Shown piece by piece: positions 1 to 10,868 of a stretch of DNA of 64,000 nucleotides (its first letter is position 1; the number at the start of each line of letters is the position of its first letter). The notes below the pieces were generated by a model. It did no database searches, was not told the DNA's origin, and worked only from the letters and a program-made list of their open reading frames with translations. Source of the DNA: Alphaproteobacteria bacterium (GTDB lineage: Bacteria > Pseudomonadota > Alphaproteobacteria > Rhizobiales > JAJFHR01); contig JAJRTY010000099.1 in assembly GCA_024278055.1 (NCBI GenBank), forward strand, positions 3,249 through 67,248. Direction: 5' to 3'. A program made the position numbers and the translations under genes.

Positions 1-630
1 GCGCCGCGCTGCAGCAATGGCGATAGCAGCTTCAGCCATTTGCATTTCTATGGCATCCAGCCATTTGGCATCAGGGTTCAATTCCTCCAGCACTCGATTT
101 CTTTCACGCATGGATTTTTCAAAACCCAAAACACGGCCGGCATGATCGCGGTCAAAAGCACTGACCAGACGGTCTAAAAACCGCCGCCGATCGGATGCAG
201 GACCCGTGAACAGCCGGTCCATGGCCGGTGTCAGCCAGATTATTTTAAAATAACTGCTCAAAACACCAGAGCCTGAAACAACATCACCATCAATGCGCAC
301 CTCACGGCGATTGCCGCGGTCATTTGAGCTATTGAGCCCTGTGCCGACCTCGAAGGTGCCTTCGGGACCACATAAAGTAGCGGCAATGCCCCAGTTTCCA
401 GCAGCATTTTGGCGTGCCAGGTCGCTGAAAGCGGTGCGCCTGAGCCCACGGCCGGGGACAAATAACGATATGGCTTCAAGCAGATTGGTTTTGCCGGCAC
501 CATTTTCACCAAACAGCACCACCGGTCCAGGTTTGGTTTTAAGTTCAGCGCGCGAATAGTTGCGATAATCAGTCAAGACCAGCCGGTTCAAAAATAACCG
601 GTCAGAATATGTCTTTGCAGTCTCGGGCAT
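1..630 (-). CDS. recF: DNA replication/repair protein RecF, first 210 codons (C-terminus lies beyond position 1)
   Basis: Own minus-strand translation from ATG 630-628: MPETAKTYSDRLFLNRLVLTDYRNYSRAELKTKPGPVVLFGENGAGKTNLLEAISLFVPGRGLRR... It has the Walker A motif GENGAGKT and stays open in frame to the window edge, so it is absent from the ORF track. It lies directly downstream of dnaN. Confidence 0.9.
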   Translation of the reverse strand, partial: MPETAKTYSDRLFLNRLVLTDYRNYSRAELKTKPGPVVLFGENGAGKTNLLEAISLFVPGRGLRRTAFSDLARQNAAGNWGIAATLCGPEGTFEVGTGLNSSNDRGNRREVRIDGDVVSGSGVLSSYFKIIWLTPAMDRLFTGPASDRRRFLDRLVSAFDRDHAGRVLGFEKSMRERNRVLEELNPDAKWLDAIEMQMAEAAIAIAAARR

Positions 631-654
631 CGTGTTGACCAGGCCCAATGGCAT

Positions 655-1773
655 CTATACCCGCATGGGCATGAGCACATAAAGCGCTGAGCCGTCATTG
701 TTGTCGCGCACAATTGCCGGTGAGCCTGAATCGGCCAGCAAGAACCTGGCATTGTTGCTTTCAAGCTGAGAGGTAATATCGAGCAGATAGCGCGCATTAA
801 ATCCTATTTCCAGATCGTCACCATCGAAAGACGAGGCCACTTCCTCTGTTGCGCTGCCGCTATCAGGATTGTTGACCGACAGGACCACCTTGTCTTTTTC
901 AATCAGGAGCTTGACTGCACGACCGCGCTCACTGGAAATGGTTGAGACGCGATCAACGGCCTGGGCAAACAGGACGCTGTCAACTTCAAGCGCATTTTCA
1001 TTGCCTTGAGGAATAACGCGTTCGTAATCGGGGAACGTGCCATCAATCAGTTTTGATGTCAGAACAATATTGGCAAAGGCAAAGCGGATTTTGCTGTCAG
1101 ACAGTGAAATCTCCACATCGTCTTCCACATTCTCCAGCAATTTATGTACTTCGAGCACGGCTTTACGCGGCACAATAATACCCGGCATACCGGCGGCACC
1201 ATCGGGAAGTGGCAATTCGACCTGGGCCAGCCTGTGGCCATCGGTAGCAACCCCGCGCAAAAAGGTGATATTGTCCTTTTCCACCTCATGCAGATAAATA
1301 CCGTTGAGGTAATAGCGGGTTTCTTCTGTAGAAATCGCAAACCGGGTCTTGTCAATAAGCCGGGCAAGATCGGCGGCATTAACCTTGAATGTATGGGTTA
1401 ATTCACCGGCGGTAAGATCTGGAAAATCTTCCTGCGGCAACGCTTGTAAGGTAAATTGCGAACGACCGGCATACAAAGTCACGCGATCATCATCGCCACT
1501 TTGTTCAAGTTCAAGTTGCGCACCATCGGGCAGTTTACGCACAATATCATAAAGCATATGTGCATTGGCAGTAACACCGCCCGCCTGAGCCACATCGGCG
1601 CTGGTGGTTTCAACAATTTCGAGATCAAGATCCGTTGCCGTCAATTGTACGCTGCCGGCTTCTGCCTTGAGCAGAACGTTTGACAGGATAGGAATTGTAT
1701 TGCGCCGTTCCACCACACTTTGAACGTGGTTCAATGATTTTAAAAACGCTGCACGTTCAATTGTAAACTTCAT
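655..1773 (-). CDS. dnaN: DNA polymerase III beta sliding clamp
   Basis: 372-aa ORF MKFTIERAAFLKSLNHVQSVVERRNTIPILSNVLL..., a typical DnaN N-terminus. It sits in dnaA-dnaN-recF order. Confidence 0.97.
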   Translation of the reverse strand: MKFTIERAAFLKSLNHVQSVVERRNTIPILSNVLLKAEAGSVQLTATDLDLEIVETTSADVAQAGGVTANAHMLYDIVRKLPDGAQLELEQSGDDDRVTLYAGRSQFTLQALPQEDFPDLTAGELTHTFKVNAADLARLIDKTRFAISTEETRYYLNGIYLHEVEKDNITFLRGVATDGHRLAQVELPLPDGAAGMPGIIVPRKAVLEVHKLLENVEDDVEISLSDSKIRFAFANIVLTSKLIDGTFPDYERVIPQGNENALEVDSVLFAQAVDRVSTISSERGRAVKLLIEKDKVVLSVNNPDSGSATEEVASSFDGDDLEIGFNARYLLDITSQLESNNARFLLADSGSPAIVRDNNDGSALYVLMPMRV

Positions 1774-1958
1774 CCACCTTCTCGCCTACAGGTTTTCTGG
1801 ATACCAGACCAGCAGCCAGAGCTTAAGAAACCGCCTGATTTTTTGAAAAATCAACGACGGTTTTGAGGCAGGAAATGCCCCAGACCACAACAATAACTCA
1901 TATCAGAGCCATATGCCAGTGCCTAGGGAATGTTATCCATTACACACAAGCGCTTGAC

Positions 1959-1994
1959 GGCCAAATTCCGGCTGTTTTCAACCGGAATTTGGCC
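1959..1994 (-). terminator. 13-bp perfect stem-loop just downstream of the dnaA stop (GGCCAAATTCCGG / CCGGAATTTGGCC, 10-nt loop)
   Basis: The inverted repeat was read directly, with arms at 1959-1971 and 1982-1994. No clear U-tract follows, so a terminator role is inferred from position only. Confidence 0.4.
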
Positions 1995-2006
1995 GTCGCT
2001 ATGGAT

Positions 2007-3470
2007 TTATTGTTCTAAAATACCGCGCAGAAACTCCACATCGCGGGCGAGCTTGTCATCCAGTTGCAGCAGTTCTTCAATTTTGCGCACCGCATGCAAA
2101 ACCGTTGTGTGATCACGACCACCGAATCTGCGGCCTATTTCCGGCAACGACCGTGACGTCAGCTGCTTGGCCAGATACATGCCCACCTGGCGCGGGCGCA
2201 CAATGGAGCGTGCGCGTCTGGGTGATAATAGATCAGCGCGGGTGACATTATAATGTTTGCCGACCGAGCGCAGAATATCATCTATTCTGATGCGGCCCTG
2301 GGGCGATGATTTTATCAGATCTTTCAAAATACGCCCGGCAAGATCGACACTCATAACCGATTCAACCAGTTCGTAATTGGCCACCAGCCGCGTTAAAGCA
2401 CCCTCCAGTTCGCGACCGCTGCGGGTCACGCGATGGGCAATATACTCGATAACTTCGGTGGGCACCGTCAGGTTTGGATAACGCTTTTTGGCTTCGGCCA
2501 GACGCGCATTCAATATTCCCACCCGCAGGTCAAAATCCGTTGGTCCGATATCAACCACCAGCCCGCCGGCAAGACGCGAACGCATTCTGGCATCGAGTGA
2601 ATCGAGCTCACTTGGCGGCATATCGGCCGCCACCACTACCTGGCGGTTGTTGTCTACAAGCGAATTAAAGGTGTGATAGAATTCCTGCTGGATAAATTTG
2701 CCCTGAAGAAACTGAAGATCATCAATCAAAAGCACATCAATTGCCCGGAAGTGGTCTTTAAAACCCAGCATTTCCTTTGAATTGAGCGCCAGCACAAAAT
2801 GATACATGAAACGCTCAGCCGTGAGATACAGCACCTTGCGCTGCGGCTCATTCTTTTTAATGTGCCAGGAAATAGCATGCAGAAGATGCGTTTTCCCCAT
2901 TCCTGCCTTGCTGTGAATATATAACGGATTAAAGGGAATAGGAGCATCCGCCCTTGTATCAGAGATGCGTTTTGCAGCAGCAAAGGCCAATTCGTTTGAA
3001 GCACCTGCGACGAAGCCATCAAAAGTCATATTGTGATCAAGTGGAGAGCCCTGACCATCGCCGGTGCCTGTTGTCACAAACCCGCCGCTGACACCGCGTT
3101 GCATTGCGCTTTGGTTGCGCACATGGGGGGAATTGGCTTGCGTTTGAGGGTCTTGTGGGTCGCATTTTTGGGCAACCGGTTCGCCGCGCGGTCGCACACG
3201 AATGTCAATTCGCTTTATTTTCGGCAATTCTTTTCGCGACAGCGCAATCACCCTGTCAATGTAATGGGCATTGATCCAGGTGCGCAAAAACCGGGTTGGC
3301 ACCGATACAATCAGAATTTCATCGACAACATCGGCAATTTCCATCCGGGCAAACCAGCTGGAATAAATATCATCGCCGAACTCCGCCCGCATTCTTTGAG
3401 CAACTCTGTTCCAAACTGCATCCATCCCTTTTTCCTGCCCGCCATCCTCTGCCACCGCTGTTGCCCGCAT
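2007..3470 (-). CDS. dnaA: Chromosomal replication initiator DnaA
   Basis: 487-aa ORF with the AAA+ Walker A motif (GKAGMGKTHLLHA) and the C-terminal DNA-binding signature (GGRDHTTVLHAVRKI). An alternative ATG at 3425 (MDAVWNRV...) is preceded by AGGAAAAAGGG and may be the true start. Confidence 0.97.
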   Translation of the reverse strand: MRATAVAEDGGQEKGMDAVWNRVAQRMRAEFGDDIYSSWFARMEIADVVDEILIVSVPTRFLRTWINAHYIDRVIALSRKELPKIKRIDIRVRPRGEPVAQKCDPQDPQTQANSPHVRNQSAMQRGVSGGFVTTGTGDGQGSPLDHNMTFDGFVAGASNELAFAAAKRISDTRADAPIPFNPLYIHSKAGMGKTHLLHAISWHIKKNEPQRKVLYLTAERFMYHFVLALNSKEMLGFKDHFRAIDVLLIDDLQFLQGKFIQQEFYHTFNSLVDNNRQVVVAADMPPSELDSLDARMRSRLAGGLVVDIGPTDFDLRVGILNARLAEAKKRYPNLTVPTEVIEYIAHRVTRSGRELEGALTRLVANYELVESVMSVDLAGRILKDLIKSSPQGRIRIDDILRSVGKHYNVTRADLLSPRRARSIVRPRQVGMYLAKQLTSRSLPEIGRRFGGRDHTTVLHAVRKIEELLQLDDKLARDVEFLRGILEQ

Positions 3471-3622
3471 TTAATTTACCCTCGCTGCCTGTAGATATTG
3501 TTTCAATTATACTTATTTTGTTGTTTCAGGCTTTTCGGCCCCAACGAATTTTTTATCAACCCTTCGACACATTGGCGAAACCGGTTGTCCGCACCTCCTT
3601 AATCATTTTTAGCCTCCTGCGT

Positions 3623-4087
3623 TCATTGTTGTTGCCATGGCAGGTTTGATGCCTTCCACCCGGCGATGCCGCCGCGATGTCTTGTCTCATCGAGCGGACC
3701 TTCAAAGCCGTCTTTAACATTGTAGCAATTTTCATAACCGGCCATCGACAGCGCTATTGCCGCAGCCATTGAGCGGGCGCCGGACCGGCAGAGGAAGAAC
3801 ACCGGCGTAGACTTGTTAGCTCCACCTCCTTGCAGGTGCTGAACCACAGCAGTCTCAAAATCCGCCAGACGCTCCATAGAAGGAAAATTTTGCCATTCCT
3901 GCAAAAGAACCTTTTTGTTGATCGTGTTCAAATCCGGAATACCAACAAACCCCCATTCCGCACGCGTTCTAACGTCCACCAATACGGCATCCTGGCTTTC
4001 GTGCAGAATGCGCCAGGCCTCAGCTGGTTCAACATCGCCCGCATAACCTTCCGGCCTGGGTCCGTTTAGCTGTGGCAATGTTGACAT
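3623..4087 (-). CDS. Rhodanese-like sulfurtransferase domain protein
   Basis: Active-site loop CRSGARS and the typical single rhodanese domain size. ATG 4087 (MSTLPQLNG...) has a GGAG upstream. The track ORF extends to 4150. Confidence 0.8.
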   Translation of the reverse strand: MSTLPQLNGPRPEGYAGDVEPAEAWRILHESQDAVLVDVRTRAEWGFVGIPDLNTINKKVLLQEWQNFPSMERLADFETAVVQHLQGGGANKSTPVFFLCRSGARSMAAAIALSMAGYENCYNVKDGFEGPLDETRHRGGIAGWKASNLPWQQQ

Positions 4088-4928
4088 TTGTTTCCAAGGC
4101 TCCAAAATTATCTCAAACCGATTACAAAACCCGATCCACAAAGAGGCCAAAACCTCTTAAATAACACGGCGCTTCCACGCCGCCGCTTAAAACAGATGCT
4201 GCCACCCAAGCTGGACACAGTCCGCCCGTGACCACACGCAATCGCATGTAGTACATTGGAAGCAATACATAAGTATAAGATAGTCTACGGGCACAAATTA
4301 AACTGAAAACGACCCAGTTTAATCATACGCGCAACTCAGAATACTGTGGTGAATGTGGAGCAGGACTTTTAACTGTCCTGCTTGCCCCCATCGCCCTTAA
4401 TTCTGAAAAGACAATACACAAACGGCGTCATGCTGGCAATAGTAGAATCGACACGATCCGTATACGAACCTTTAGAAAATTGAATTTTTATCACCCCGAA
4501 TTATAGCGCCTTGAGTGCAAATGCTTGGGAATAGGCGCAAATTCAGCGCAAGGGTTTTTTTTGCATCACCGATGTTTTTTCGGCTAAATTCTGCGATTTT
4601 TTTTCACGGCAATAGAGTCGCGGTCTTTCAGTCGACGTTCAGATTTATGGAAAGGCTTGCTAACGCTTTGATTCTCTGAAAGAAACAAAAAATAATATCA
4701 GTATACGGACGAAAGTGTTGACCGTAGGGCTTGCGCACGGTTTAGCGATTATGTTCAAAATACCACAGTCCGGCTAAATCTGACTGAAGAACAATGCCAT
4801 TCCGGTAAGGACCGGAAAGCTAAACTAGAGTATTCTTTATAACGCTTTGTGATGTCAGTGAAAATTTGCAACATTCAGCCGTCAGGCAAATGGCTGCCTG
4901 TTCCAAACATGCATTGGGCTTAACTTTT

Positions 4929-5195
4929 TTAAGCGGAAATAGCCTGGATACGCTTTGACAGCCGCGAAACTTTCCTGGCGGCTGTATTCTTGTGAAAAAT
5001 GCCTTTTTGGGCACCACGAACCAACTCGGGCTCGGCAACAGCAAACGCTGCAACAGCGGCTGTCTTGTCTCCACTTGCAATAGCTTCTTCAACTTTGCGC
5101 AGGTAGGTTTTGATACGACTGCGACGGGAACGGTTTACAATTGTGCGCCGGGCCAGTTTACGAATAGCTTTTTTTGCTGATGATGTGTTTGCCAT
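4929..5195 (-). CDS. rpsT: 30S ribosomal protein S20
   Basis: 88 aa, [39 protein letters not shown]... Confidence 0.97.
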   Translation of the reverse strand: MANTSSAKKAIRKLARRTIVNRSRRSRIKTYLRKVEEAIASGDKTAAVAAFAVAEPELVRGAQKGIFHKNTAARKVSRLSKRIQAISA

Positions 5196-5392
5196 GAGCT
5201 ACTCATCAAGTCCTAATCTAGTTATCACAAATTTTATGAAGCACATTTGAGCCAACCCTGTTTCTTGGGTGCCAAATGAGCATGAGTGGAAATTTTCTAC
5301 AAAAACCACATCTCTGCGCGGGGTTATAACGCTGGTTTTTGCCTACGTCAACAGATGTAATCACCTAAAGCCTGCGAATGCTTGAATTCAGC

Positions 5393-6166
5393 CTATTTAT
5401 TTTTAAACTGCGGGCTGCGTTTTTCAATAAATGCACTCATACCTTCTTTCTGGTCCTCAGTGGCAAACATTGATTGAAACAGCCGTCGCTCAAACCGAAC
5501 GCCTTCACAAAGCGTTGTTTCATAAGCTTTATTTGTAGATTCCTTAATCATCATTATCGCTGGTAATGAGAAATCTGCAATTTTAGCTGCCACCTTCATG
5601 GCTTCTTCAAGCAATTGGTCAGCCGGGACTACCCGTGACACCAATCCTGATCTTTCTGCTTCTTCAGCATCCATCATGCGACCGGTAAGGTTCATTTCCA
5701 TGGCTTTTGACTTGCCGACAAACCGCGTCAGGCGCTGGGTCCCCCCCACACCGGGCATAACGCCTAAGGATACCTCGGGCTGGCCGAATTTCGCTGTATC
5801 AGCGGCTAAAATGAAATCACACATCATGGCAAGTTCGCAGCCGCCGCCCAAAGCATAACCGGCCACAGCCGCAATAACCGGCTTTCGCGCCCGGCTGACA
5901 GTATCCCATGAGGTCAAAAAGTCGCCCAGATATACCTCCATATAGGATTTAGACTGCATCTCCTTGATATCGGCACCGGCGGCAAAGGCCTTTTCGCTTC
6001 CGGTAATAACGATGCAGCCAATAGTCTCATCAGCTTCAAATTTTTCCAGTGCCTCATTAAGCTCGGCAATCAGGGCACTGCTCAACGCATTGAGGGCCTT
6101 GGGGCGATTTAAAGTGATCTGCCCCACCCGACCTTCGGTTTTCACGATAATATTTGTATACGCCAT
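5393..6166 (-). CDS. Enoyl-CoA hydratase (crotonase family)
   Basis: 257 aa with crotonase motifs: [42 protein letters not shown]. Confidence 0.9.
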   Translation of the reverse strand: MAYTNIIVKTEGRVGQITLNRPKALNALSSALIAELNEALEKFEADETIGCIVITGSEKAFAAGADIKEMQSKSYMEVYLGDFLTSWDTVSRARKPVIAAVAGYALGGGCELAMMCDFILAADTAKFGQPEVSLGVMPGVGGTQRLTRFVGKSKAMEMNLTGRMMDAEEAERSGLVSRVVPADQLLEEAMKVAAKIADFSLPAIMMIKESTNKAYETTLCEGVRFERRLFQSMFATEDQKEGMSAFIEKRSPQFKNK

Positions 6167-6248
6167 GATCTGAATTCCTCTTATTCTCCGGCTATAAATT
6201 CATGGAACGCGCAATGGCGCAACAGTAATATGGTATAGGCCATCAGCC

Positions 6249-7097
6249 TCATCGCTGGCATTTAGGGCAATAGAAACTTGAACGCCCGCTTTGCACAATC
6301 CTTTTAATCTTGCCTGAGCACTCCTTGCGCCTGCAATTTTCGCCTTCGCGTCCGTAAACGTCAAATGCATGCTGAAAATAACCCAGCTCGCCATTGGTTT
6401 GCACATAATCATTCAACCTTGAGCCGCCCGCCTTTATGGCATCATTCAAAACCGCGCGAATGGCGGCAGCAAGCGCGTCGGCGCGTTCTTTGTTTCTGGC
6501 AAGTGTGGAAGCCCGGCGCAAGGGTGAAAGATTACTGCGGTAAAGCGCTTCACACACATATATATTGCCCAGCCCGGCAATGTTTTTCTGATCCAGCAGG
6601 CCAGCCTTCAGGTTGGTTTTCTTGACCTTGAAACACTGAGACAAAAATTTTCCCGAAAGTTCATTGCCCAAAGGTTCAATACCGATATTTTTCAACAACC
6701 TGTGCGTCGACATCTCTTTGGCGTCAAACAAAGTCATCAGGCCAAAGCGGCGCGGGTCACTGTAGGTGATCCTGACCCCATTGCTCATATGAAAGACCAC
6801 ATGATCATGGGCACCGGGTTGGCCATCAATCCCGGCTGGCAGTGTTTCTTCAATGTTAAAACTGCCTGACATGCCTAAGTGCATGAGCAGAACTTCGCCA
6901 CTGTCGAGTTCAGCCACAATATATTTTGCCCGCCGCCACAAAGCAGTGACGGTGCAGTTTTCCAGTCTGGCCACAAAGTTTTCGGGAAATGGAATGCGCA
7001 GATTATCGCGCCGTTGTTCCACCCGGACAAAACGATTGTTCTCCATCACCGGGGCCAGACCCCGGCACACGGTTTCAACTTCAGGAAGTTCGGGCAT
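6249..7097 (-). CDS. mutM: Formamidopyrimidine-DNA glycosylase
   Basis: The catalytic N-terminus MPELPEVE fixes the start at ATG 7097; the track ORF begins 19 codons upstream. The C-terminus has a zinc finger, CRRKECSGKIKRIVQSGRSSFYCPKCQ. Confidence 0.95.
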   Translation of the reverse strand: MPELPEVETVCRGLAPVMENNRFVRVEQRRDNLRIPFPENFVARLENCTVTALWRRAKYIVAELDSGEVLLMHLGMSGSFNIEETLPAGIDGQPGAHDHVVFHMSNGVRITYSDPRRFGLMTLFDAKEMSTHRLLKNIGIEPLGNELSGKFLSQCFKVKKTNLKAGLLDQKNIAGLGNIYVCEALYRSNLSPLRRASTLARNKERADALAAAIRAVLNDAIKAGGSRLNDYVQTNGELGYFQHAFDVYGREGENCRRKECSGKIKRIVQSGRSSFYCPKCQR

Positions 7098-7204
7098 AGC
7101 TGCCGGTTCCAATGCGATTAAGCCTGTGATATGGCAAACGTGGTCACGCGCCATTTGCTGTTGTATATTAACAGTAGAGATAACCTTACAGGAAATTCAA
7201 GCCC

Positions 7205-7978
7205 ATGGGCGGCACCAGCAACAAATTTGAGCCACCGGTAGATTTTGGCAATACCACTGTGGCGGCGGACAAAAAACAGGGTCTGGTCAATAATGTCTTT
7301 GACCAGGTCGCCAGTCGTTATGACCTGATGAATGATGTTATGTCAGGCGGACTGCACCGGGTGTGGAAATCGATTTTTATTGACACTCTGGCACCACCAA
7401 CCTCTCAACGCCCCTTTCACCTGCTGGATGTTGCCGGTGGCACCGGTGATATCGCCAACAGGTTTCTCGATGCCGGCGGTTCGGGCTGTGAAGTTACCTT
7501 GTGTGATATCAATCCGAATATGATTGCCGCAGGCATCGCCCAATCGGCAGCACAGGACCGTAGGCGTCATATGCATTTTGCTACCGGAAATGCCGAATTC
7601 CTGCCATTTTCAGATCACATGTTTGATGCCTATACAATCGCTTTTGGTATTCGCAATGTCACCCGCATCGATGCTGCCCTTGGTGAGGCTTACCGGGTTT
7701 TAAAGCCGGGCGGGCGGTTTTTGTGCCTGGAGTTTTCAAGCATTGATGTCCCCGGTCTCGATGCCATTTACGATACCTATTCCAACAATGCCATACCGCT
7801 GATGGGGAAATTGATAACCGGAAATGCCGAACCGTATCGCTATCTGGTCGAAAGCATTCGAAAATTTCCCAACCAGAGAGGTTTTTCCCGCATGATCGAA
7901 AGTGCCGGATTTGACCGGGTCTCGCATAAAAACCTCACCGGCGGCATTGTCGCCATTCATTCCGCATGGCGATTGTAG
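7205..7978 (+). CDS. ubiE: Ubiquinone/menaquinone biosynthesis C-methyltransferase
   Basis: 257 aa with [25 protein letters not shown] and the SAM motif [10 protein letters not shown]. It is followed by ubiB. Confidence 0.93.
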   Translation: MGGTSNKFEPPVDFGNTTVAADKKQGLVNNVFDQVASRYDLMNDVMSGGLHRVWKSIFIDTLAPPTSQRPFHLLDVAGGTGDIANRFLDAGGSGCEVTLCDINPNMIAAGIAQSAAQDRRRHMHFATGNAEFLPFSDHMFDAYTIAFGIRNVTRIDAALGEAYRVLKPGGRFLCLEFSSIDVPGLDAIYDTYSNNAIPLMGKLITGNAEPYRYLVESIRKFPNQRGFSRMIESAGFDRVSHKNLTGGIVAIHSAWRL

Positions 7979-8007
7979 TGTCCCAGGATTATCGAGGCAG
8001 AACCTAA

Positions 8008-9594
8008 GTGTTTTCATCCATCGGACATATCATTGGTCTGACCAAAACCGGCCTGATCCTGCTGCGCCATGGGGCCCTGTTCCCGGAAGTCTTGAGTGCG
8101 GATGCACCGTACCCCATCAAAGCCCTGCATAAGCTTCTTCACCGGCGCGAGAAAAAACAGGCCCAATCGCACGGGAGCCGACTGGTCAAGGCCCTGCCTG
8201 AACTGGGGCCGAGTTACATAAAGCTCGGCCAGTTTCTGGCCACCAGACCCGATGTGATCGGGGCTGAACTTGCCGATGAATTGAAATCACTTCAGGATGA
8301 TTTGCCGCCGTTTGAGCACAACATGGCCCTGGAGGAAATCAGGCGGGGGTTGGGACGCGAGCCAACACACGCCTTTGAAAACATTGGAATGGCCATTGCC
8401 GCTGCCTCAATTGCTCAAGTTCACAAGGCCACGGTGAAGGACGAAAATGGCACACTGCGCGACGTTGCCGTCAAGGTGTTGAGGCCGGGCATCGAAAAAA
8501 AGTTTGCCAGGGACCTGGGCAGGTTCTTTTTTGCAACGCGCATGCTTGAGCGGATCGACAAGCGCTCACGGCGCATGCGCCCGGTGGCTGCCATCGAAAC
8601 CCTGGCCCAATCGGTCAAAATCGAGATGGATCTGCGTCTGGAAGCAGCCGCCATATCGGAAATGGCTGAAAATGTCGCCAATGATCCCGATTTCAAAGTC
8701 CCTGAAGTGGACTGGAGTCGAACTTCGCAGCGCGTGCTCACCCTGCAATGGGTTGATGGTATAGCGCTTAATGATATTGAGAAAATCAAACAGGCCGGTC
8801 ATGATTTAAAAAAGATTTCCCGCCAGGTTATCCAGTCGTTTTTACGTCATGCCATGCGGGATGGTTTTTTCCATGCCGATATGCATCAGGGCAATCTGTT
8901 TATTAACCCATCCGGCGATCTAGTGGCGGTCGATTTTGGCATTATGGGGCGGCTGGCACAAAAAGACCGGCGGTTTCTTGCTGAAATCCTCTATGGCTTC
9001 ATCAAGCGCGACTATACCCGTATCGCGCAGGTGCATTTTGATGCGGGCTACGTCCCGCCGCACCAGTCACCTGAGCTTTTTGCCCAAGCCTTGCGCGCCA
9101 TTGGCGAGCCGATCATGGGCCGGAGTGCAGATGATATTTCCATGGCCAATCTGTTGGGTCAGCTGTTTTTCGTGACCGAACAGTTTGATATGGAAATGCA
9201 GCCACAATTGATGTTGCTGCAAAAAACCATGGTGGTGGTGGAAGGCGTTGGCCGCACTTTTGATGCCAATCTTAATATGTGGGAGATTGCCGAGCCGGTG
9301 GTTGAAGAATGGATGAAATCAAAATTGGGGCCGGAAGCACGCCTTAATGATGCGGTTGAAGGCGCGGCAGCCCTTGGTAAACTGGTAGAACACTTCCCGG
9401 AATTTCTTGCCGGAGCCGAAAAGGCCGCAAACCTGCTTTCCGGGCTGACTTTGAACGAGGGAATGAAACAGGATCGACAGGTTCTGAACCACACAAATGA
9501 CTTGAAAGATAAACGCGAGTGGCAAAAAACCACCGCTCTGTGGCTTGGCGCACTGGCTCTGGTGGTTATTGCTGCGGTGCAACTTAGCGGCTAG
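8008..9594 (+). CDS. ubiB: Ubiquinone biosynthesis regulatory kinase-like protein UbiB (ABC1 family)
   Basis: 528 aa with LGPSYIKLGQFLATRPDVIG and FHADMHQGNLF, plus C-terminal transmembrane segments. The start codon is GTG. Confidence 0.92.
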   Translation: MFSSIGHIIGLTKTGLILLRHGALFPEVLSADAPYPIKALHKLLHRREKKQAQSHGSRLVKALPELGPSYIKLGQFLATRPDVIGAELADELKSLQDDLPPFEHNMALEEIRRGLGREPTHAFENIGMAIAAASIAQVHKATVKDENGTLRDVAVKVLRPGIEKKFARDLGRFFFATRMLERIDKRSRRMRPVAAIETLAQSVKIEMDLRLEAAAISEMAENVANDPDFKVPEVDWSRTSQRVLTLQWVDGIALNDIEKIKQAGHDLKKISRQVIQSFLRHAMRDGFFHADMHQGNLFINPSGDLVAVDFGIMGRLAQKDRRFLAEILYGFIKRDYTRIAQVHFDAGYVPPHQSPELFAQALRAIGEPIMGRSADDISMANLLGQLFFVTEQFDMEMQPQLMLLQKTMVVVEGVGRTFDANLNMWEIAEPVVEEWMKSKLGPEARLNDAVEGAAALGKLVEHFPEFLAGAEKAANLLSGLTLNEGMKQDRQVLNHTNDLKDKREWQKTTALWLGALALVVIAAVQLSG

Positions 9595-9625
9595 AGTAAA
9601 GTGAGATAGCTGGAAATTGACGCAC

Positions 9626-10771
9626 ATGCTCAAAGACAAACGCATATTATTGATTATCTGCGGCGGAATTGCCGCCTATAAATCACTGGAATTGATTCGT
9701 CGGCTCAAGGACAAGGGCGCAGAAGTTGTGCCCATCCTCACCCGTAGTGGTGCTGAATTCGTAACTCCCCTGTCAGTTGCCGCTCTCGCCGGTCATAAAG
9801 TCTATCAGGACCTGTTTGATCTCAATGAAGAAGCAGAAATGGGTCATATTGAACTGTCACGCTCAGCTGACCTGATTGTGGTTGCCCCGGCAACGGCAAA
9901 TCTGCTGGCCAAAATGGCCAATGGCCTTGCCGATGATCTGGCCTCAACCACCCTGCTGGCTACCGATACCGATATACTGGTGGCGCCCTCCATGAATGTG
10001 CGCATGTGGCAACAGGGTGCGACACAGCGCAACGTTTCGATATTACTACAGGATAATGTTGAATTTATAGGTCCAAACGAAGGGCCGATGGCCTGTGGCG
10101 AGTTTGGTCCGGGCCGAATAGCTGAGCCTGAGGAGATCGTCGAGGCCATCATTAAGAAACTGGATCGCCTCACCAGCCTACCCCTGAAAGACCGTCGTAT
10201 TCTGATCACCGCAGGCCCGACCCATGAGGCCATTGACCCGGTGCGCTATATCGCCAACAGATCGTCTGGCAAACAGGGTTTTGCTATTGCTGCCGAGGCC
10301 GCGCGTCGCGGTGCCGAGGTGGTTTTGGTCGCCGGTCCCACATCTTGCCCGACACCGCCGGGTGTTAAGCGCATTGACGTTGAAACTGCGGTTGAAATGC
10401 TACAGGAATGTGAGAATTCCGGCAAATTTGATGTTGCAATCTTTGCTGCCGCTGTCGCTGACTGGCGGGTAAAATCGCCTGCGAAACAGAAATTGAAAAA
10501 GAATGACAAAAAATCGGCGGGGAGCGGTTTTGCCGACCTCGATTTTGTTGAAAATCCCGATATTCTCAGCACAATTTCGCAAAAAAAGCAGGACCGACCA
10601 CCTCTGGTTATCGGCTTTGCTGCTGAAACTGAAAATGTTGACACCAACGCAACCGCCAAGCGCTCACGCAAAGGCTGTGACTGGATTGTTGCCAATGATG
10701 TTTCTCCTGAAACCGGAATCATGGGCGGAGATTTCAATCAGATCCTGCTGGTAACTGAAGATGGCTCATAA
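9626..10771 (+). CDS. coaBC: Bifunctional phosphopantothenoylcysteine decarboxylase / phosphopantothenate-cysteine ligase
   Basis: Flavoprotein N-domain (ILLIICGGIAAYKSLELIRRL) and DFP C-domain (ITAGPTHEAIDPVRYIANRSSGKQG). The track ORF starts at TTG 9617; ATG is at 9626. Confidence 0.93.
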   Translation: MLKDKRILLIICGGIAAYKSLELIRRLKDKGAEVVPILTRSGAEFVTPLSVAALAGHKVYQDLFDLNEEAEMGHIELSRSADLIVVAPATANLLAKMANGLADDLASTTLLATDTDILVAPSMNVRMWQQGATQRNVSILLQDNVEFIGPNEGPMACGEFGPGRIAEPEEIVEAIIKKLDRLTSLPLKDRRILITAGPTHEAIDPVRYIANRSSGKQGFAIAAEAARRGAEVVLVAGPTSCPTPPGVKRIDVETAVEMLQECENSGKFDVAIFAAAVADWRVKSPAKQKLKKNDKKSAGSGFADLDFVENPDILSTISQKKQDRPPLVIGFAAETENVDTNATAKRSRKGCDWIVANDVSPETGIMGGDFNQILLVTEDGS

Positions 10772-10868
10772 AAATGGCCCAGATATTCCAAACAAAAAGT
10801 TGCCGTAAAACTTCTCGAGCGCATTACCGCACACTTGTCGGATTAAGTTTTTTTCACCCGGATTTTCA

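Noticed and set aside
4151-4928. Chromosomal origin (oriC) in the large gap near dnaA
   Set aside because: Only weak DnaA-box-like 9-mers (7-8 of 9 matches) are present, and I saw no cluster and no CtrA-type TTAA-N7-TTAA sites. In addition, the 30-kb block to the right (17678-48984) is on the minus strand and includes rpsO, pnp, infB and nusA. That block would be head-on to forks leaving this site. An origin here is unlikely, but a GC-skew or DnaA-box scan is needed to exclude it.
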